From: Yuukianura sp. NJ FZ-2021
Taxonomy: Eukaryota
Assembly: GCA_046563655.1 (NCBI GenBank)
Contig: CM102290.1
Span: 8,804,001 to 8,868,000 of the forward strand
Reading direction: 5' to 3'
DNA length: 64,000 bases
The translations under genes were made by a program, and so were the position numbers. Of the stretch, positions 59,328 to 64,000 are shown piece by piece; the first letter of the stretch is position 1; each line of letters starts with the position of its first letter. The notes below the pieces were generated by a model. It did not search any database. It was given only the letters and a program-made list of their open reading frames with translations, and was not told where the DNA came from.

Positions 59328-60910
59328 ATGGCGCCTACCGTGGACACTTACCATTTAAAACTTACGTTTTTTCTGAGCCTGACAAGCATCCCCAGCATTT
59401 ACCTTCTAAATTTTGTATTTGAAGCCATAGATGAACAAGTGAGTGACGTTGCAGCATAATTTAATTATTTAATACTACAGGGATAGTTTCAAATAGTGGT
59501 AGATCATGAAACGCTTTAAAACAGGTCCGTGTATTTTGGATGATGGTCGCAGGCTTTGTTGTTCTTGGTGGAATTGGAGCAACGTCGTACTTTGCCAGCA
59601 AAGTCAGAGACGCGCTATACTGTGGTTAGTTACTACAAATCAGAAATTTTGAAAGTTGTACAGTATTTGTGATTTAAGAAGATGCTTATTCTTAGGATGG
59701 ACTGTGTTTGCGTTTACGTGTGTCATTGACGGCGTCATTCCGTTGGAATACTACGGTATCGCCTCAAGTTTTATGTCGGAGTACTTGAAACTCGGAGAGC
59801 CTTATCTGTTCTCCCCTTGGGGTTCAGCCATTTGCGTTGTCGACATAATAATTTACTATGCGCTGTACCTCTCCCTTGTCTACTTGTACTCAAACAAGTA
59901 ATTACAAAGCAATATCAAGCATTGCAAGTTTTAAAAAATTGGTTTTCACAGTAATTGCTTCCTAAATTTAATTTTTTTTTAATTTAGAAAAAGTTGGAGA
60001 TCTGTTGGGCTCTATTGGGCCAGTACCCTAATTAGCACTATGTTTTGCTACATAAGTGCGATTTTAGCTGGAAGACATTCCGCAACATCTTGTACGTTAC
60101 TAAATATCCCCCACATTTTGTTCCCCATATACGTCGTATACCGGTAAGCCGCATTATCTGTCGAAGACACTGATAATATTTTTCACCTTGATGAAATCAA
60201 ATAAATTACTTTAAAAAAAATGAATCCTGTTACAGAATTTTCAAAACTCAGAAACGGTGCGGATGGAACATCAGAATTGAACACGGCGTGTTGCTAGCTC
60301 TAGCTGACGTCGTCCTTGGAATCGGATTCTTGGCATCCATTTGGATAATTTCGGCCAAAACTTATGTGAGACGACCTTTGACATGACCTTGGATAGATTT
60401 AATGTTGAATCAGTGTTTTCATGCTTCAGGTTCTGCTTGGCACTGAAAAGCAATTGATGCTGGACACTGTGAAATACGAGCTAGCTCTTGGCTACAACGA
60501 TCCAGCCCCGTTCTACTCCTTTGCCGTTTTTAGTTTTTACTTTTACGTCGTACCCTTGCAAATACTGAGTCTCTACTTTCTAGTTCGTCAAGACAAACCT
60601 GAATTTCTCTGGGATGTCGCCGTTGTTCAAGCAGCCGTCATGTTGATCGTAAGCACTCGAACTGGCCTAGCTGCTATGACTAAAGAACAATGTTCTTAAC
60701 TAATTACTTTATAATAATGTTCGCTAGCCGCAAGTCAGCTATATCATTTCGTCGTTGGACATACTGGCACCGGCAGCACATCGCGTGGATTGGTCAAGCG
60801 TACAATTTTGGATCACAAATGTATTGATTCTGCTTGTTCCGCACTTGTTCCTGGCTCGTATGTATCTTCACAGGGTATCCACTGTGACCAAATCCAGGAA
60901 GATCAACTGA
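59328..60910 (+). CDS. TM6SF1: TM6SF1/2-like multi-pass membrane protein (EXPERA domains), 366 aa; exons 59328-59438, 59525-59624, 59696-59897, 59988-60143, 60236-60365, 60430-60648, 60728-60910
   Basis: Family-like motifs DALYCGWTVFAFTCVIDGVIPLE, FMSEYLKLGEPYLFSPWG, SWRSVGLYW, LLNIP, DPAPF, FWITNVLILLVPHL; basic C-terminus KSRKIN*. GT-AG introns, phases consistent, 1101 nt; AATAAA at 60957-60962. The symbol denotes family membership, not proven one-to-one orthology. Confidence 0.88.
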
Positions 60911-62101
60911 CATTTCATCGTCATGTTTAAAATATACCATACGAAACAGTATGAGTAATAAAGTACGCTTACATATAAACTGTTGATAACATAGGTAATC
61001 CGATATAGAAGGAAACAAAACGCCACGTTGTTTAAAGAAAAACCAAGCATTGGCCTCCATTCGCTCCGACTTGCGATAGGCATTCCTTGTAAACGTGAGG
61101 CCCACGTCATGCATTTCTTTATCAGAAAGTAGCCGAAACCAATTCATTTAATTTCATTTAATCACAATCATAATTTTTAAATCATTGTATTACAACACCT
61201 TCTAGTAGTAGAAGTAGAAGGCTCAAGTTAGAACAAGTCAGTGACCTAAGACTTGTTCAATCCGTCTTTTTGGATAAGAATTTCATGGACAGATAGCGGG
61301 AGAGGTCAACGAACGCTTTGGTATGTACACTCCCGAACACAAGAGCACTGTTATTCTCGACTCCAAGTGAAGTATACTGAATACAACACAAGTACATGTT
61401 TGCAAAAAATCCTTGTTGTAAAAGTCTAAACTCCTGTTAGCAGTGGAAAGGAGAGTCTGGCCTCCGTTATCGGGTTTTTAGCAGAAGAATTTCCAGGGCA
61501 GGCGGCGAGACAGGTCATCGCCCGCTTTGGAATGCACGCTTCCACCTACAGCACCGAGAGAAGAATGCTCAATGCTGTAAAGGAATTTGACCTCAGTTGA
61601 CCCTGCCAACTCACCCAAAGAGGTGGAGAAGTTTCAGCGGGGGCGAGGGAGCGATGGGTGGTTTTGGACGCTGGTTTTCTTTGTTTGGCAAGCGAGGAGG
61701 AGGGGCGTAGAGGGCGGAGACCAATGGTATGCTGCCATGCAAGGAACCCGGAGCGGAGCAAAATCCGAAAAACTAGAAAAGGAAGACAAGAAACTGAAAT
61801 CCTTTGTTGCCTCATCTGAATCAGCAGTTGAATGATCTACGAGCAGCTTGTCCTCAGTGAACTACTACATAATTTCTCACATCATCTTTTGTTGATCGTT
61901 GTAGTTTTTGTAAGTCTCAATTCAATCACTATTCACTAATCAATTTCGTGTGAACCACGGTAATCTTTATTTGAGATTGAAAGACGTACACCTTCGTTCA
62001 GCTTACGTAATCTGGAAAGTACAAACCGATTTGTTTTTGAACAGGTCTCGCAGATCTCCTTGTCGTGACTTGGAAGATTGACAGTCAGTCTCAGCGGAAA
62101 T

Positions 62102-62931
62102 ATGGCAGCAGCAGCGGCTGAGAACATTCCAAAATTCAAGGTGGTTCTTGTTGGCGACGGAGGAACGGGAAAAACTACGTTTGTAAAGCGGCACTTGACT
62201 GGAGAGTTCGAGAAAAAGTACGTGGCGACACTTGGAGTAGAAGTTCATCCGCTAATTTTCAACACCACTCGCGGAGCCATTCGATTTGAAGTCTGGGATA
62301 CTGCAGGGCAGGAGAGAACTGGCGCCCTTCGGGATTCCCATTACGTTGATGTAAGACTACGCGATCAGCTGAATTTGAATATTCCCGCTGAAGAGAATAA
62401 TGTTTTAGTAATGTTCTTTTCTTTTCATTGTTGCATTCAGGGGAAATGTGCGATCATCATGTTTGATGTCACTAGCCGGGTAACATACAAAAACGTAGCC
62501 AACTGGTATCGTGATTTGGTGCGTGTATGTGAGGACATCCCGGTAGTTCTTTGCGGCAACAAGGTTGATATCAAGGATCGGAAGGTTAAAGCCAAGAGTA
62601 TTCTGTTCCACCGGAAGAAGAATATCCAGTACTACGACATCTCCGCCAAGAGTAACTATAACTTTGAGAAGCCATTCCTGTGGTTGGCTAGGAAGTTGCT
62701 GGGTGATCCCCAATTAGAATTGACCGCCATGCCCGTTTTAGCACCACCGGAAGTTTCCATCGCTCCCGAGTTACAGAATGAAATGCAAAATCAACTTAAG
62801 GTAAGCATGCGCTGTTCTTTTCCTTTGTTGTACTAAATTAAGCACTCAATTTTTGAAACACCCACTCTACCTCTTTTTTACAGGAAGCTGAGGCGATCCC
62901 GCTTCCGGATGATGTCGACGACGACCTTTGA
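62102..62931 (+). CDS. Ran: Ran GTPase with divergent switch II, 218 aa; exons 62102-62350, 62441-62800, 62884-62931
   Basis: [71 protein letters not shown] and acidic tail LPDDVDDDL*. Introns 62351-62440 and 62801-62883 are GT-AG, phase 0. Probable 5'UTR intron at 61910-62044; AATAAA at 63163. Confidence 0.96.
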
Positions 62932-63581
62932 ATTCCACCACCACAACAACAACACAAAATCAATTCTTCGCTCATTCGTGATGAAATCCTTAGGGAAGCT
63001 AAATATTAGCATTTGAAACGAATTTCAACTTTTGGAGGGGATTTAGAACTACTTAATTTGTCTAAGCATTGTCCAAAATCTTGTTACATACTGTCACGGT
63101 TTCATTTCTGTGGCGCCAAAATTTTTTTGGGATACATAGTTCCATTTGCTAGGTGTAACCTTAATAAATCCAGATTAACTCATACCTAATAAATCTGTAT
63201 TGAATTTGGAGTTTGAAGAGTATAACTGGAACCTATTATTCCAGTAGTCCTTCGTTTGCATTTGGTTGAGTTAACTTTACTTAATTTACAAAAATTAGAC
63301 AGCTTGACTTTCTGGCAATTACTTTATTTCAATTATAAAACTTCCTTCTAATTACTGTTCGTGTAATTAGTAGTATCTTCATGAGACAATTTACTCGAAT
63401 TTATGTGACAAACAATGACTTGATTTACATTCGAATATTGAAAATTGGCAAAGTAAGACCAATTTCGGACCAAATTGTTTGTAAAACGTTTAAACAGTCT
63501 AAAGTATTTTGTACTTCTTCACATTGCGCGTTTGGAAGGTTCTTTGAAATCATGAGTTTAAAGTTAACCGGCGAATATTCT

Positions 63582-64000
63582 TCAATCATTCGAGTGGTTA
63601 CGTTCACCAAAAATCGTTGAGCCAACTCGAACGTTGGAACTGCCCAATCGAATCTGGTAGAAAATGAAAAGTCATTTAAAACCTTATTCCAAATTGATTA
63701 TCATGATAAATAGAACCGAAGCGTGTTGAAACTTACTGCTTCCTCGAAATCGCCAGACATTCCCATTGACAGCTCAACATCTTTAGCCTCCCATTTAAAA
63801 ATTCTGCACAACGATTCACGTATTTTGACTAGCAACTAGAATAAGTAACACAGGGTTAAATGGAGACATCAAATCTTAGTATTGAGTTAAACAATCATTA
63901 GCATAAACCGCCCCGAACACTTACCACAAAATCGGGATTTGGTGTAGTTGGAGTTTCGTAGTCTCGCCCGATTGTCATGAGTCCACGAAATCGAATAAAC
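63582..64000 (-). CDS. PLPBP: pyridoxal phosphate homeostasis protein (PLPBP/PROSC, YggS family), 3' part only; exons 64000-63925, 63835-63737, 63653-63582
   Basis: FIRFRGLMTIGRDYETPTTPNPDFV|LLVKIRESLCRIFKWEAKDVELSMGMSGDFEEA|IRLGSSNVRVGSTIFGERNHSND* contains the YggS signatures GLMTIG, LSMGMSGD and VRVGSTIFG; phase-0 GT-AG introns. Confidence 0.94.

Noticed and set aside
62078..62836. 252-aa Ran ORF from the ORF track read as one exon
   Set aside because: It reads through the 90-nt intron and into the next intron; the spliced model restores canonical length and the acidic C-terminus.
63425..63625. 66-aa minus-strand ORF (MAQRFLVNV...)
   Set aside because: Alternative frame over the last PLPBP exon and its 3'UTR; the phase-0 frame gives the conserved VRVGSTIFG motif.
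1..64000. tRNA, rRNA, snRNA, CRISPR arrays, intact transposases or reverse transcriptases
   Set aside because: None recognised by eye; covariance-model and repeat-library searches would be needed to exclude small or diverged ones.

Overview
AT-rich eukaryotic genomic DNA from an invertebrate, probably an arthropod (GT-AG introns mostly 60-100 nt in the gene-dense part, msh-type eh1 motif). Five spliced genes can be rebuilt by hand with consistent exon phases: (1) an Msx/Drop homeobox gene (+, 23804-32394, 4 exons, 411 aa) lying alone in a roughly 50 kb gene-poor, presumably regulatory domain; (2) a two-pore-domain K+ channel (-, 57328-51997, 7 exons, 398 aa, C-terminal ESTV); (3) a TM6SF/EXPERA-family membrane protein (+, 59328-60910, 7 exons, 366 aa); (4) a Ran GTPase (+, 62102-62931, 218 aa) whose switch II is selectively rewritten; (5) the 3' end of PLPBP/YggS (-, 63582 to the window edge). 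No rRNA, tRNA, CRISPR array or intact transposon was recognised. Most striking unexplained signals: a recurring 0.5-1.3 kb architecture of the non-coding DNA (A/T-tract spacer, G-rich arm, core often with GGNCC palindromes, C-rich arm); the switch-II-divergent Ran; four perfect AGGTCA half-sites including a perfect IR1 on the Msx stop codon; and a possible prepropeptide ORF in the K2P first intron. All alignments and counts were done by eye.
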